DNA from: Octopus sinensis
Lineage: Eukaryota
Direction: 5' to 3'
DNA length: 64,000 nt
Assembly: GCF_006345805.1 (NCBI RefSeq)
Contig: NC_042998.1
Location: 69,564,001-69,628,000, forward strand
In this document: one piece after another, positions 23,395 to 37,619 of the stretch
Layout: each line of letters starts with the position of its first letter
Position numbering within the stretch: the stretch's first letter is position 1
The notes under the pieces: generated by a model
Database searches by the model: none
The model's input: only the letters and a program-made list of their open reading frames with translations
Told to the model about the DNA's origin: nothing
Translations under genes and position numbers: made by a program

Positions 23395-25952
23395 GGATGG
23401 TGTTTTTATGTGCCACCGACACAGGTGCCAGATGAGGCTGGCAGACGGCCACGATCGGATGGTGTTTGTTACGTCCCCAAAGCACGGAGGCCAGTCTATG
23501 CGGTACTGGCTACGGCCACGTTCGGATGATTTTCTTGTGTGCCACCGCCACTGGTACCACAAAGATACAAATTCCATTGATGTTCATCTATTTTGATTTG
23601 TTTTGATTTGATTTTCACTTGCCTCAACAGTCTTCACAAGTGTCACAAGAAGGAAGGTATGCACAGGTGGACTGACTACGTCCCAGGTAGGGGCCACGGG
23701 TTATGGCCTGACTAGTCTTGCCGGGTCTTCGGATGGTGTTTTTATGTGCCACCGACACAGGTGCCAGATGAGGCTGGCGAACGGCCACGATCGGATGGTG
23801 TTTGTTACGTGCCCACAGCACGGAGGCCAGTCGATGCGGTACTGGCTACGGCCACGTTCGGATGGTTTTCTTGTGTGCCACCGGCACTGGTACCACAAAG
23901 ATACAAATTCCATTGATGTTCATCTATTTTGATTTGATTTGATTTGATTTTCACTTGCCTCAACAGGTCTTCACAGGTCTTCACAAGTGTCACAGGAAGG
24001 AAGGAAGGTATGCACAGGGGACTGACTACGTCCCAAGTAGGGGCCACAGGTTATGGCCTGACTAGTCTTGCCGGGTCTTCGGTTGGTGTTTTTATGTGCC
24101 ACCGACACAGGTGCCAGATGAGGCTGGCGAACGGCCACGATCGGATGGTGTTTGTTATGTGCCCACGTCACAGAGGCCAGTCGATGCGGTACTGGCTACG
24201 ACCACGTTTGGATGGTTTTCTTGTGTGCCAACGGTACTGGTACCACAAAGATACAAATTCCATTGATGTTCATCTATTTTGATTTGGTTTGATTTGATTT
24301 GATTTGATTTTCACTTGCCTCAACAGGTCTACACAAGTGTCACACACTTGCCTCAACAGGTCTTCACAAGTGTCATAAGTAGGTGTCACACACTTGCCTC
24401 AACAGGTCTTCACAAGTGTCATAAGTAGGAAGGTATGCACAGGTGGACTGACTACGTCGCCGGGTCTTCGGATGGTGTTTTTATGTGCCACCGACACAGG
24501 TGCCAGATGAGGCTGGCGAACGGCCACGATCAGATGGTGTTTGTTGTGCCCACAGCACGGAGGCCAGTCGATGCGGTACTGGCTACGGCCACGTTCGGAT
24601 GGTTTTCTGTGTGCCACCGGTACTGGAACCACAAAGATACAAATTCCATTGATGTTCATCTATTTTGATTTGGTTTGATTTGATTTTCACTTGCCTCAAC
24701 AGGTCTTCACAAGTGTCACAAGAAGGAAGGTATGCACAGGTGGACTGACTACGTCCCAGGTAGGGGCCACGGGTTATGGCCTGACTAGTCTTGCCGGTCT
24801 TCGGATGGTGTTTTTATGTGCCACCGACACAGGTGCCAGATGAGGCTGGCGAACGGCCACGATCGGATGGTGTTTGTTACGTGCCCACAGCACGGAGGCC
24901 AGTCGATGCGGTACTGGCTACGGCCACGTTCGGATGGTTTTCTTGTGTGCCACCGGCACTGGTACCACAAAGATACAAATTCCATTGATGTTCATCTATT
25001 TTGATTTGATTTGATTTGATTTTCACTTGCCTCAACAGGTCTTCACAGGTCTTCACAAGTGTCACAGGAAGGAAGGAAGGTATGCACAGGGGACTGACTA
25101 CGTCCCAAGTAGGGGCCACAGGTTATGGCCTGACTAGTCTTGCCGGGTCTTCGGTTGGTGTTTTTATGTGCCACCGACACAGGTGCCAGATGAGGCTGGC
25201 GAACGGCCACGATCGGATGGTGTTTGTTATGTGCCCACGTCACAGAGGCCAGTCGATGCGGTACTGGCTACGACCACGTTTGGATGGTTTTCTTGTGTGC
25301 CAACGGTACTGGTACCACAAAGATACAAATTCCATTGATGTTCATCTATTTTGATTTGGTTTGATTTGATTTGATTTGATTTTCACTTGCCTCAACAGGT
25401 CTACACAAGTGTCACACACTTGCCTCAACAGGTCTTCACAAGTGTCATAAGTAGGTGTCACACACTTGCCTCAACAGGTCTTCACAAGTGTCATAAGTAG
25501 GAAGGTATGCACAGGTGGACTGACTACGTCGCCGGGTCTTCGGATGGTGTTTTTATGTGCCACCGACACAGGTGCCAGATGAGGCTGGCGAACGGCCACG
25601 ATCAGATGGTGTTTGTTGTGCCCACAGCACGGAGGCCAGTCGATGCGGTACTGGCTACGGCCACGTTCGGATGGTTTTCTTGTGTGCCACCGGTACTGGA
25701 ACCACAAAGATACAAATTCCATTGATGTTCATCTATTTTGATTTGTTTTGATTTGATTTTCACTTGCCTCAACAGGTCTTCACAAGTGTCACACACTTGC
25801 CTCAACAGGTCTCCACAAGTGTCACACACTTGCCTCTGCCTCAACAGGTCTTCACAAGTGTCACACACTTGCCTCAACAGGTCTTCACAAGTGTCATAAG
25901 AGGGAAGGTATGCACAGGTGGACTGACTACGTCGCCGGGTCTTCGGATGGTG
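23395..25952. repeat. Tandem array: seven 333-403 bp monomers with a 1072-bp higher-order repeat
   Basis: Monomer starts at 23395, 23731, 24081, 24470, 24803, 25153, 25542; identical ORFs recur at an offset of 1072. Confidence 0.93.
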
Positions 25953-26859
25953 ACACACACATCATCATCATCATCATAATGTCCACTTTTCCATGTTTGC
26001 ATGGGTCAAATGGAATTATATTGAGGCAGATATTCTATGGCAGGATGGCCTTCCTGCTACCAACCCTTACATATTTCCCCATTGTCAGACATGTTTATCA
26101 TAGAAGACTGGATTGCTTGTTTGATGATGATTTACAAGCATCGTATGGTTTCAAGACAAGGAACACATAGACACATATACACATCAGGCTTCTTTCTGTT
26201 TCCATCTACCAAATCTCACAAAGCTTTGGTTGAGCTGGGGCTGTAATACCATTTGGTTGGGAAGCAAGCTTAACCACACAGCCATACCTATCACTTATTT
26301 ATACATACATTCACACACACACATAATATAATCATCACCATCATCATTTCACGTCCATCTTCCAGACTGTCATGGTTTACTACTTTATATCTGTTTTTCC
26401 ATGTTTGCATTGGTAAGATGATTTATTTGTAGAGGCAATTGGTTTTATAGCTGGATGTATGTATTTTCCTACTACAAAGCATTCAATTCAGAAGTCAGAG
26501 TAAAATCTGTTTCTTTAAATAAAACCCTCAAATGTTACAGTGGTGACACAAATTCTAATGTTTCAAGTAGAGTTTTGTATGTTTTGAGAAGAAATTAGCT
26601 TTTCAGACAATCAGGCAAACAGAAGCAAGTAGATAGGTGCCTTACGCATTGACAATACTAAAATTTGAACTTCTGACCATGTGGTTAGTAGCCTTTGAAC
26701 ATGGGCCTCACAGAGGCAATGATAAACAACTGAAACCTTTGGAGATATGCTGTGCTTGAGAAGACCCAGCAAGCCAAGTGAGACTGTAACTGTGGCCTAT
26801 CCAGTGCAGCATAACCGGCCCATTTAATAGTACTCTTCAACCATTGGGCAATAAACTGT

Positions 26860-27283
26860 GTTTGCAAAGACCTGTTGAGTCAAGTGAAGTCATTGTTATG
26901 GCCAATGCCAGTACCACCTGACTGGCACCTGTGCCGGTGGCATGTAAAAAGCACCATTTGAGCGTGGTCATTGCTAGTGCCACCTGACTGGCTCCCGTGC
27001 CGGTGACATGTAAAAAGCACCATTCGAGTGTGGTCGTTGCCAGTGTTGTATGACTGGCTCCTGTGCAGGTGGCATGTAAAAAGCATCATTTAAGCGTGGT
27101 TGATGCTAGTACTGCCTGACTAGCCCTCATGCCAGTGGCATGTAAAAAGCACCCACTACACTCTTGGAGTGGTTGGCATTAGGAAGGGCATCCAGCTGTA
27201 GAAACCTTGCCAGTCCTCAGTCAAACTGTCCAACCCATGCCAGCATGGAAAGTGGACGTTAAATGACGATGATGATGATGATG
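26860..27283 (+). mobile_element. SINE-like family B, long copy with internal repeats
   Basis: Repeated gtgccggtggcatgtaaaaagcacc units; (gat)n tail. Confidence 0.85.
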
Positions 27284-27289
27284 AAGCTT

Positions 27290-27500
27290 AAGGCAGCAAG
27301 CTAGCAGAATTGTTAACACACCAGGCAAAATGTTTAGCGGCATTTCGTCCATCTTTTCGCTCTGAGTTCAAATTCCGCTGAGGTCGTCTTTGCCTTTCAT
27401 TCTTTCAAGGTCGATAAAATAAGTACCAGTTGAACATTGGGGTCGATGTAATTGACTTATCCCTCCCGCAAACTTGTTGGCCTTGTGCCAAACTTTGATA
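27290..27500 (+). mobile_element. SINE family A
   Basis: Family head and core. Confidence 0.85.
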
Positions 27501-27677
27501 CTGTTATTATTGGTAAGCTTGTTCTAGTCTCTCCTCAGAAGTCCATGAAAAGAAATTCTTATAGAACAGAAAAGCACTACCTCTCTCCTTCTCTCTCCTT
27601 CTCTCTCTTTCTCACTCCTGTTTCTTTTGAAGTGTTGTTAAATATTTTGAATATCTTGTTTTCTGTGTTGTTTTCAG

Positions 27678-27876
27678 CCAGCTGAAGTGATGCACAAGCC
27701 AAGCACATCCAAAGCAGAATCTATGGAGTGCAGTGATGACATCATGCGAACACTTTTAGTGCATGAGAAGAAATCTGTAGCTTCAGCTGCAGCAATGGCT
27801 ATCTTTCCAAGTAGTGACCATGGGTCATCAAGTGACTCAGATGAAGAAACAGTTCAACCATCAACGTCAGTGACCG
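27678..27876 (+). CDS. GTF2E1: TFIIE alpha, coding exon 3
   Basis: Acceptor gttgttttcAG and donor GTGAGT at 27877; phase 0 in, phase 1 out; DDIMRTLLVHEKKS resembles the vertebrate EEVMRALLIHEKKT motif, followed by an acidic Ser-rich stretch. Confidence 0.93.
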
Positions 27877-30263
27877 GTGAGTTCTCTCTCTTCCTATATG
27901 ACATCCCCACAGATTTTCTTTTAGTTGCAGATGTAAAGTTAAAGCTATTACATCCTCAAAAATTCCACCGAGGTCGACTTTGCCTGTCATCCTTTCAGGG
28001 TCAATAAATTAAGTACCAGTTGCGCACTGGGGTCGATGTAATCGACTTAATCCGTTTGTCCTTGTTTGTCCCTCTGTGTTTAGCCCCTTGTGGGTAGTAA
28101 AGAAATAGATATTACATCCTCAACTTTTGTACATCTACGACTACAATTAGCCTACTACAAAGAAAAAAAATATGCATATTCTATAACTATATTGTCTTAC
28201 ATGTCCTTCCCTTCTTATTAGCAGTAGAATGCATTTTGAAGGAGACTAACTGCTATTTCTAGCATATTAACATATCTAGTAACCATACAATAGCTTTTTT
28301 TTTGTTGTCTTACTTTATTGTAGGTTGTTGTTGTTGTTATTTAGCCCAAGGTCAGTCTTGACTGAACAGTCCTTTGATCAAAAGCATTCCAGTTGTGACC
28401 ATCCATTAGTTTCAGGGTTTTGGGATTACAATATCTAATGTGTTCTTTCCATTTTTATGAGAGATGTGATATTGGGAGGAATCTTAGTTTTGCTCAGGAC
28501 ATCCTTCCAAGCAAAGCAGTTGGTTTAGGAAAGGTATCTAGCCATAGAAACCATGCCATGGAACATATGACAAAGGTGGGGGGGGGTCCTCTGACCTGTC
28601 TAAGTGGGCAGTAACTTTCAATAAGAACTGACTTGGACCATAATGATCTGGCCAACCCATGTAGATGTGAAAGGATGAAGGATGATGATTATGGTGAGTG
28701 TGATTTGAAGGCTATTTGGCTGTTATTTCTAGCAGCTCAGTTGACTACATAGAGGCTATTTTGTGTATCTTTAAAGTCACAAGTCCATACTCCACCAGAA
28801 CTTTGAAGACCATGTTCTTGCACTGCAGTAGAGTGGAAATGGCTATCTGTCATGTCCTCATTGTGTAGCCTAACCACTTCTAAAAGAGAGAGACAGAGAG
28901 GAACTAACCTTAAAATTTGATTAGTACTTTATTTTATTGACACCTGAATGATGGTGGGATTTAAACTCAAGAGAACACAAATCTGAACAAATAACCATAA
29001 GGCATTTGCCTGATACTAATGAAGCTGTCAAGTTACCCATGTTATATTAAATGTAATATAGATATAGTAAAGATGTGTTTAACTAAGATTTAGTAAAATT
29101 GACAAAAAGAGTACAGTGAACTTGCCATGGGGAGTGGAAAACTCAATGTTACAGAGCTCTTCAGGAAAAACTTGACAGGAGAGAAATTAAAGAGAGACAG
29201 CAGAGATTTACATCCTCGAAGAAGAACTGGCTGCAACTAATAAGAAGTGCAGGAACCATTGGAACTTCATACATGGACAAGAAGTGATAGGAGAGAGAGC
29301 TAGATAGAACGAGGAGGAAAAGTGAGAGAGAAGTAAAAGAATAAGATGAGGTGAGAAGGATAGGAACGAAATTACTAAATTAGGAGGAGGTGTAGAAGGA
29401 AAAAACGTTAATTCAAACCTGTCAGACATGGCTCCAAGTTCGGATATGAAACGTTACATTACTATGCCTTTTTCATCTAGAGGTTATTTTACTTGAAATG
29501 ATGTACAAGTTATGTCATATCTGGCCATAGAAAACAACTGTAAGAAGTTTTGTTCAATCCGTTTCAACTTGAAATAGCAAATTTTAAAATAATAGCTCTG
29601 TAATTAAATTGAAAGGAGTGTAACGTTATTATTATGTAATTGTGGAACTGATTATATGTTGTAATATGTAGGTTATCATATTTACTTACACTGACTTAAA
29701 CCTATCTTGTGGTTGTCTATTCAACAGTAACCTATCAGTCAGTACGGCAGCTTGTAAAGAAGAGTTACTGGTCTTATAGTCTCATGAGTTGTCGTTCTTA
29801 TATACGAATAGACTTCAAAAGTTGTTACCCTTGATTTTCACTTCGTCATTCTTAAGTTTTGTTGTGATCGTTGGTTTGGTTTAAACAGTGGTTCTGAACC
29901 ATATTTTGTTTGTGGACCCCCGCTTTGATTCCCGTTTTACTCTACTGGACCCTGATAGTCATTCAATGTTTAAAACATCCAATCATATTTTTATAATTAG
30001 ATATTGTTAGGAATTGTATAAAAGAATTTGTATTGTAGAAGTATAAACAGTTTCATCATCATCATCATTGTTTAACGTCCGCTTTCCATGCTAGCATGGG
30101 TTGGACGATTTGACTGAGGACTGGCGAACCAGATGGCTGCACCAGACTCCAATCTTGATCTGGTAGAGTTTCTACAGCTGGATGCCCTTCCTAACGCCAA
30201 CCACTCCGTGAGTGTAGTGACATAAATTTATTTTACATAAATTTTAACTCAGTTACTACCATT

Positions 30264-31680
30264 ATGGCTTGTGCAGATCGACTGGAAACCTACTCTCTTG
30301 TGCCATTGAACGGGCTTCTGGCATGCAGATCTATTGTCAAACTTACTTCCTACAGGCTGCATCCCTTTTCAGCTCTTGGATCGGTAGCACAGTTAGATTG
30401 CGTCATTGCAGCATGTGTAGATAGAGCTCTTTCAGCCCCATTCTCATTCAGCTCTAGTGTTTCTTAGGGTTCTGTCCCTTCTTCCTTTTAATACATCAAT
30501 GACGTATTTGCTGCTACATCCAACAACGCTCACTCTTATGCAGATGACATCGCCTTTCATCCTCTCTAACCATGCATCATCCACAGGCAATCAAAGACAT
30601 CATATACCAAAACCGGCATTGATTCCATAAATGGAGACTTTGAGAGCATTTTCCAGTGGGAGCAACCTTGTCTCTTAACAATAAAAAGATCCCCAAACAC
30701 TTTTCATATCAAGAAAATACCGTTTTCACCACCATCATCTCTTTCTTTTCCAAGAGGAGTAACCATGTATCTCCCTTACAACAAGACACCTGTACCAGTC
30801 TCTCTATCATATTTTAACATCCCATCACCTAGCATATAGCCACCTCCCTCAATACAACACTCACTCAGTTGAGGAGTTCTTGTCTTGTGAGTTACTTGGT
30901 AACCTCACTGGTGCTGGTGCCATGTAAATAATACTCAGTGCACTCTATAAAGTGGTTGGTGTTAGGAAGGAGATCCAGCTGCAGAAACCATACCAAAGCA
31001 GACAGTGGGGCTTGTTGTGATCCCCTGGTTTGCCAGCTCCTGTTCAACTGTCCAACCCATACCACCATGGAAAACAGACATTAAATGATGATGCTGATGA
31101 CTTCACACTCTCTCTAAACACAAGAAGCACTCAGCTAAAACTCTTATAGTCATTCCTGATGTTAGGCCTCACTGTTACTGAGGATCTCTCCTGGTAAAAG
31201 CATGTCCTTAGCATAACTAGGGCTACATCCCAAAGACTATTTTTTCTCTGTTGGCCCACAAGTAAAGCCCATAATGGAGTGCTGTTCCCCCGCCTGAAAT
31301 GGCGCTATGGCTATGCATACAAGCATCCTGGACTACATCCAGAGAAGAACCACTTGGGTGACTGGCATTCCATCACTAACTGACATACTCTTACCTCTGG
31401 CCCACAGGCATACCATCTCCTTTCTCTGTTTTTTCTGTTGCAACCATAATGGTCTCTATACCTTGGAGCTGGTTAGTCTTATATCTCCACCACTTCATGT
31501 CCCCCTCCCCCAAGTTCACTTGTCTCTCTTCCTCATCAATACTCTTCTTGCATACGCCCAGTTGTTATTCCCCGGATCATTATCCCCCTGGAATCTCCTC
31601 CCTGCTCATGTCTTTCCTGCAGGTGTTCATTTGCAACATTTTAAATGGAACATTAATAACATCAGTCTCACCTATCTCAG
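30264..31680 (+). pseudogene. Decayed LINE reverse transcriptase (CR1/Jockey-like group) interrupted by a SINE
   Basis: VS*GSV, YINDVFAATSNNAHSYADDIAF (YADD 30537-30548), LGLTVTEDLSW*KH, VKPIMECCSP; stops and frameshifts; family B copy at about 30905-31100. Confidence 0.75.
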
Positions 31681-32934
31681 AGGGCCTGCAATGGATCATA
31701 GGCTCTTCTTCCAGATTCAGCAAGTAAAAATGAAGGTGGGGGGGGGGCAGTATCAACGCTTAGTAGTTAATCATTATTTGTATGCACGCGTGCGCGCGTG
31801 TGTGTGTACTCAACATCAGCTCGTCTTGGAATATTTTATTCCTTTTTCTTAAGGAGTAGAATGAGAATTGAGGCAAATTTCAAATACCTTTATAGTTGTC
31901 ATTTCTTTTTTTTTTTGTCCTGGTTATATGTAAACTTTAAGCCATATGTACCAGTAATATACTAAGGCTGTAAGGAATCAGCATTCACCCCTTTCCCTTC
32001 TGAATCATTCTATATGTTTGTGTCTGTGTAATTATTTACTGTCTGTACATTTATATTTGTATGTGTGTGTTTATAAAGCAGTATGTATATTAATTCTTAC
32101 ATATTTATGTGTAAATGTTTTAGCAATTTAGTTGCAGGTCAGCTCTCAATGAGTAAACTTCCAATCAAAAACGTTCCAACCATGATCACCCTTTCTTTTT
32201 AATGGTATCGGTATAGTTAGGTGGTTAAGAAATTTGTTCCCTAGGTGTGTGGGTTTGTCTTAGAGTATAGAAACTTAGGAAAGTGTTTTTTAATATAGCC
32301 ATATAGCTTAACGAATTTGGCAGATAGGGAACTGCAATAAATACAACAATGCTTTTTGTCTTCCAATTTGCTGCTGTGTATGTGTGGAGATGTGGTGTTG
32401 GTTGGGGTGTGTATGCTATTGTGAGTGGAGATGTGTATGTGTGTTGTATGGTGTTTGTTGCTGTTAAAAGACTATTGTATTACATTGTAGTATTAATGAA
32501 AGCAGGTATGTGTGAGGGGTACAGGAGATAGGGGTTGGAGGAGAAATTAAAGGATATTTCTGTAAAGAGATATAAAGAAATATATTGGCAACAAATATAA
32601 AATATTAATAAATTTATCTAAAAAGGTTATTTCATTTCATTTTAATTCTTCTCAGTTTTTATTTTACTTTCTTAATAAAAATAATGGTAAAATTATTAAG
32701 AACACTAATATCATTTGTTGCTGTTGTTATCATTAGTATAATTAGGTGGTGAGCTGGCAGAATCATTAGTATCCTGAGTCAAATGCTTTGCAGTATTTTG
32801 TCCATCTTCACATTCTGAGTTCAAATTTCATTGAAGTCAACTTTGCCTTTATTCCTTTTCGGGTCAAACACTAGTGTTGATGCTGACCTTGTGCCAGAAT
32901 TTTAAACTATTATTATTATTATTATTATTATTAT

Positions 32935-33415
32935 TGAGTGAGAGAGCAGTGCATGCCATCAAAGTGACACTGGGGTAAAATATACGAAGCCCAGTATATC
33001 CATCATGATTACCCGTCTGATAAGGGTACATCAGGCACATGCATCACAACCATATGTGCGCGACATGGTGATCTCATATCAAGATAAAAAGCACATGACC
33101 TTGCAGGTGGGGCCCAGTTAGAATTTTCTTCAGGTTGAGTAGCCCACCCGCTCAAAAGGTCCCTGAATAAGGGTTGTTTAAGGATGTTAAAAGAACCACC
33201 CATGTTTCCAGAGGTGAATTATTCAAACCCCAAAGAATCCCTCTCAACACATGGCTATGATGCTCCCCCACTACTTCTGCTCATGATCAGAGATGCACAT
33301 ATCGTCAGCCACTAAGGGACATGCTCAACTGGTTACGGTCAAACAACTGACAAGCAAATCTATGGTATTGAGCAGAATATTTGCTGTAGCCCATCTTTTA
33401 TACCAAGACAAAACA
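32935..33415 (-). mobile_element. Unclassified repeat family E, copy 1, flanked by (ATT)n
   Basis: Homologous to 60351-60861 with the same left boundary tgagtgaga; strand inferred from the truncation pattern. Confidence 0.75.
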
Positions 33416-34074
33416 ATTATTATTATTATTATTACTACTACTACTACTACTACTACTACTAATAATAATAATAATAATAATAATAAAGCTTCAAGCTGGG
33501 AGAATCATTAGCATGCTAGGCAAACTGCTTAGCACTCTTTTCTCCTAAATTCCACCAAGGCCAGTTTGCCTTTCATCCTTTTGGGGTTGACCCCAGTTGC
33601 ATACTGGGTTTGATGCAATTGTCTAGTCCTACATCCATCCAAAATTTCAGGCCATGTGCCTCCAGTAGAAAGGATTATTATTTACTGCTGCCTTAGCGAA
33701 GGTGGAGGTATTATTTTTAGTCGTGTTTGTTTGTTTGTCTATGGACACAATATCTCAAGAATTGCTGGATGGGTATGGATGAAACTTTCAGGGATGTTTG
33801 GCATCATGACTGGCACAGACTGATTAGATTTTGAGATCGATTTGGTACCCGACAAAGAATCTGGATTATTTTCCCTGTTTCTTCACTTAATTTTTGAGAG
33901 TGCTCGGGTTCATTTTTAGTACTCTCATTTGTGAGAGCAATCAAGTTTATTTTAGATATTCTCAATTTAAAATCCATCTCTGACTAATTGTTGAGAAGAC
34001 GTTGGTGTTGCCTTGGCAGAGGTTTGCGCTCACTGAGTGCTGTTGCTATTATTCTTATTCTTCTTATTATTAAG

Positions 34075-34290
34075 GTGGTGAGCTGGCAGAATTGTTAGCA
34101 TGCTGGACGAGATGCTTAGTGGTATTTTGCCCATCACTACGTTCTGAGTTCAAATTCGGCCAAGGTTGACTTTGCCTTTCATCCTTTCGGGGTCAATGAA
34201 TTAAGTACCAGTTGTGTACTGGGGTTGATCTAATCGGCTGGCTCCTTTCCCCAAATTTCAGGCCTTGTACCTATAATAGAAAGGATTATT
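34075..34290 (+). mobile_element. SINE family A with (ATT)n tail
   Basis: Head, core and tail all present. Confidence 0.88.
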
Positions 34291-37200
34291 ATTATCATTG
34301 CTGTTATTGTTGTTGCTGTTTGTTATTGGTAGAGCAATTGAAAAAATATTAAATTCAATTTCTGTGACCTTTCTTATATCCCTCTCTCCTACCCATTGAA
34401 ATTTATTAAACAGTTCTACAACTTTGTCATAAATGGCATTAATTTTAGGTCACACTATCACTCTACCACACACATACATACACACACACATGTATGTTTA
34501 TATGCCCACACATACAGAGTGTCAGCATTGAGGTACATGCTCTCTGCATCACACAGTTTGTATCCCTACTTCTCTCCCTCCCCCTTGTCTCTATGAAGTG
34601 TTGATATATATATATATATATATACACATACATATCACACAGTAGCCTATCTCATCTAGATACACCATCCTATCTCTCTCTCCCCCTCAAATCTATCCTC
34701 CCCTCCTCCCTACCTCTCTAGATAATATTTCATTGTCATGTCTTCCAATTGTTTCTTCTCTTTTGTTGTGTTGCTCTCTGTTTCTCACTTTTGTCTTCGG
34801 GGTGTGAGGTAGGGAAAGGGAAGAGAGAGAGAGAGAGAAAAACTAAGAGAGGCAGCAACCGTTTTCCCCTCTCACTTTACCTCCATACACACATGCACAA
34901 ACACATGCACACACACACACAACCTTCTACCTTCACATCCCTACCCCCCACGGTGATGTGAATGGGTAGATAGTCATATAAAGGCAAATTTTGTCTCTGC
35001 TAGCCCTCTAGTAGTTAATCTCCTACCCTGCTGATAGACCCTCCCATCCACCCTCACTTCCCCCTTACACCCCCCCCGTCACCCTCCCACACCTCTCTTT
35101 GAAACTCCATATTGTTACATTGAGCTCCCCTTTCAATCCAGGAGGCAAGAACAAAGGTCAGGTGTCATTGAAAGAATATTAGGAAATAGGTAGTGGCGGT
35201 GGAGTGGGGGTAGAGGAAGGTTTCCCAGCTGTTTTCTTGCTCTACATCCTACTTAAAAGGAGTCTAGGATCCCTGTCTCACCCAATGTCATCAGGAAATA
35301 GATTAAACTGGATATAACAGCAGTAAAACAGAGATTGGAAGTTGTTGTAAGACAATGTGTGTGTGTGTGTGTGAATGTAGTTATTGTTGGGGTTCTGTGT
35401 GTGTGTGTGAGAACATCTGTGCTGTTGAGGCTGTGTGCTAGAACACAGGTGATGTGTAAATGTAGGTAATGCTGGAACTGTATATGTCTGTGTATATTTG
35501 TGTATGTGTGTGTGTGTGTTTGAACATAGTTAATATTGGGACTATTTGTGTGTGTGTGAGAGAGAGAGAGATAACATAGGTGATACTTATGTATTAGTGA
35601 GAGAGGCTGTATTAAAACTGAGAGGTAATATTTATCCCCCACTTAAAAGTGGATGTTCTGTTAGGACAAACTATACTGCAGTAGACGCCATGAGAGAAAC
35701 TCTGATATTGGCTTTTGGTGCAAAATACACTATTGTTTACATTGCTAGCAGAGAGATAAATTCCTACTGCTTCCAGTGCCAAGACCACCTGATCATGTGA
35801 TTTCAACATTCCTTGATCTCTTCTTTGATGGACACTCGGCTACTAGAGGCAGCAACAATTCATCTCCCTACCAGTGATGTATAGAAAAACAGTGCCAGAA
35901 TAGGTGCTGGTGTCATGGTGATACTGAAACTCTGTATGTGTGTGTGTGTGTGTGTATGTGTGAATGTAGTTTTGTTGGGATAGTGTGAGAGGGCATATGT
36001 GATGCTGGGACTGTGTATTTGTGTATGTATGAGAACATATCTGGTAGTAGGACTGTGGGTGTGTATGTGAACTGCTGATTTTGGGAGTCTTGTGTGTGTT
36101 ACTGTGTGAACAAAGGTGATATTGGGAGTGTGTGTGTGTGTATGAACATAAGTAATGTTGGGACTGTGTGTGTCAACATAGCTATGTTGGAACAGTATAT
36201 CAATATGTTGACTTATGTTGACTACACACCACAATCCACTACCACCACCACCACCACCATCATATTTATCTCAACCATTCTTAACAGTATGACAATGCCA
36301 CCACTACCATCACAACCACTATATCACAACCACCACCACTACTACTACCACTATCACCAGTACAACTAGCACTTTTACAAATGTATCTACTATCACCCCT
36401 GGCACCACAACTACCACTTCTACAACCACATTCATCACCACTACCACTCTACTGTCACTCCACCCTACCCTACTCTCTACTCCTTTCCCCTCACCAACCC
36501 ACCCCTACCATTACCAATCCACCACTACCACCACCAGGATGTCACTTTGCTTTCTTATTTAATTAATCCACATGAATTATTTTCAACTCCACCTCAGACT
36601 CCATTCCTTTTCTTCCTTCTCTTTCCTTGTTTGACCTTCCATTTCACCCCAGACTCTTCAACCCCCTTCCCCACTTCCTACATTGTCTGTTACACCTCTA
36701 TGGGTCCCACTCACCCTGCTGCATACAGCTGGTTCATCATCAAAGTGAAGACCTTGCATATCCTTACCTTGCTACAATCGTCCCACTGACTCTGTGTCTT
36801 AAAGAGTTTCGGAAGGAAGGCTGCCGTGGTGGTTGTGGTGACAATGGTAGTTTTGGTGATATTATTGATGATGATGATGATGACAGATGATGCTGATGGC
36901 AATGTGGCAGGTGGTAGGGTTAGTATCTGTGGTGAAGATGGTGTTTTGCTGGTGGTGTAAGTAGTTGTGGTGGTGGTGGTGATGATGGGCTATCATAACT
37001 ACCTTAATCACATCAAACACCACCACAAATACCAACTGATTATCATCAACATCATCATCATTATTCATTTCTTCTCTTACAACTATCAATCTGACCCACC
37101 AACCATCCATCTTTTCCACCCTCTACATCACTGTCATGATCACCAATTGTCATTGTCATCATCATCATCGTATTACTGTCACCGTTCTCATGTGTACATC

Positions 37201-37619
37201 CCACCCACCTACCCTACCATATTCAAGTAAGCTTGTTATTCCACTGTTTGCCAATGCTGACAACAGTAATACCATGGGCTGAAATGGGAGTTTGGCACGC
37301 TAGAAACAGCACACAAATCCCTTCTTATATCACCAGGCCTTACAATCTTAGAGAATAACATCTACAACAACATTGAATATTGCAGTATTAGTTACACAAT
37401 GTGTAGATGGTCATTGTTGGAATACCAATTCATCCGAGATCTGTTTGTTCAGGGCTGATCTGAAGCTAAATAACAGCAACAATAATACTTCCACTATAGG
37501 TATAAGGTGTTTTTGGCACAAGTTTTGGTGCCACCTATTTGGTGTTGCTGCTTTGACATTGACTTATTTGATATCAAATAGTTTAACCTTTTAGCATCGT
37601 CAGCCTCATGGAGACTGAT

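Noticed and set aside
23395-25952. CRISPR-like appearance of regularly spaced repeats
   Set aside because: The intervening sequence is itself repeated (no unique spacers), there are no cas genes, and the context is a eukaryotic intron.
29886-29899. hAT/Charlie-like terminus cagtggttctgaac (similar at 50672)
   Set aside because: I could not find a matching opposite terminus or an 8-bp TSD.
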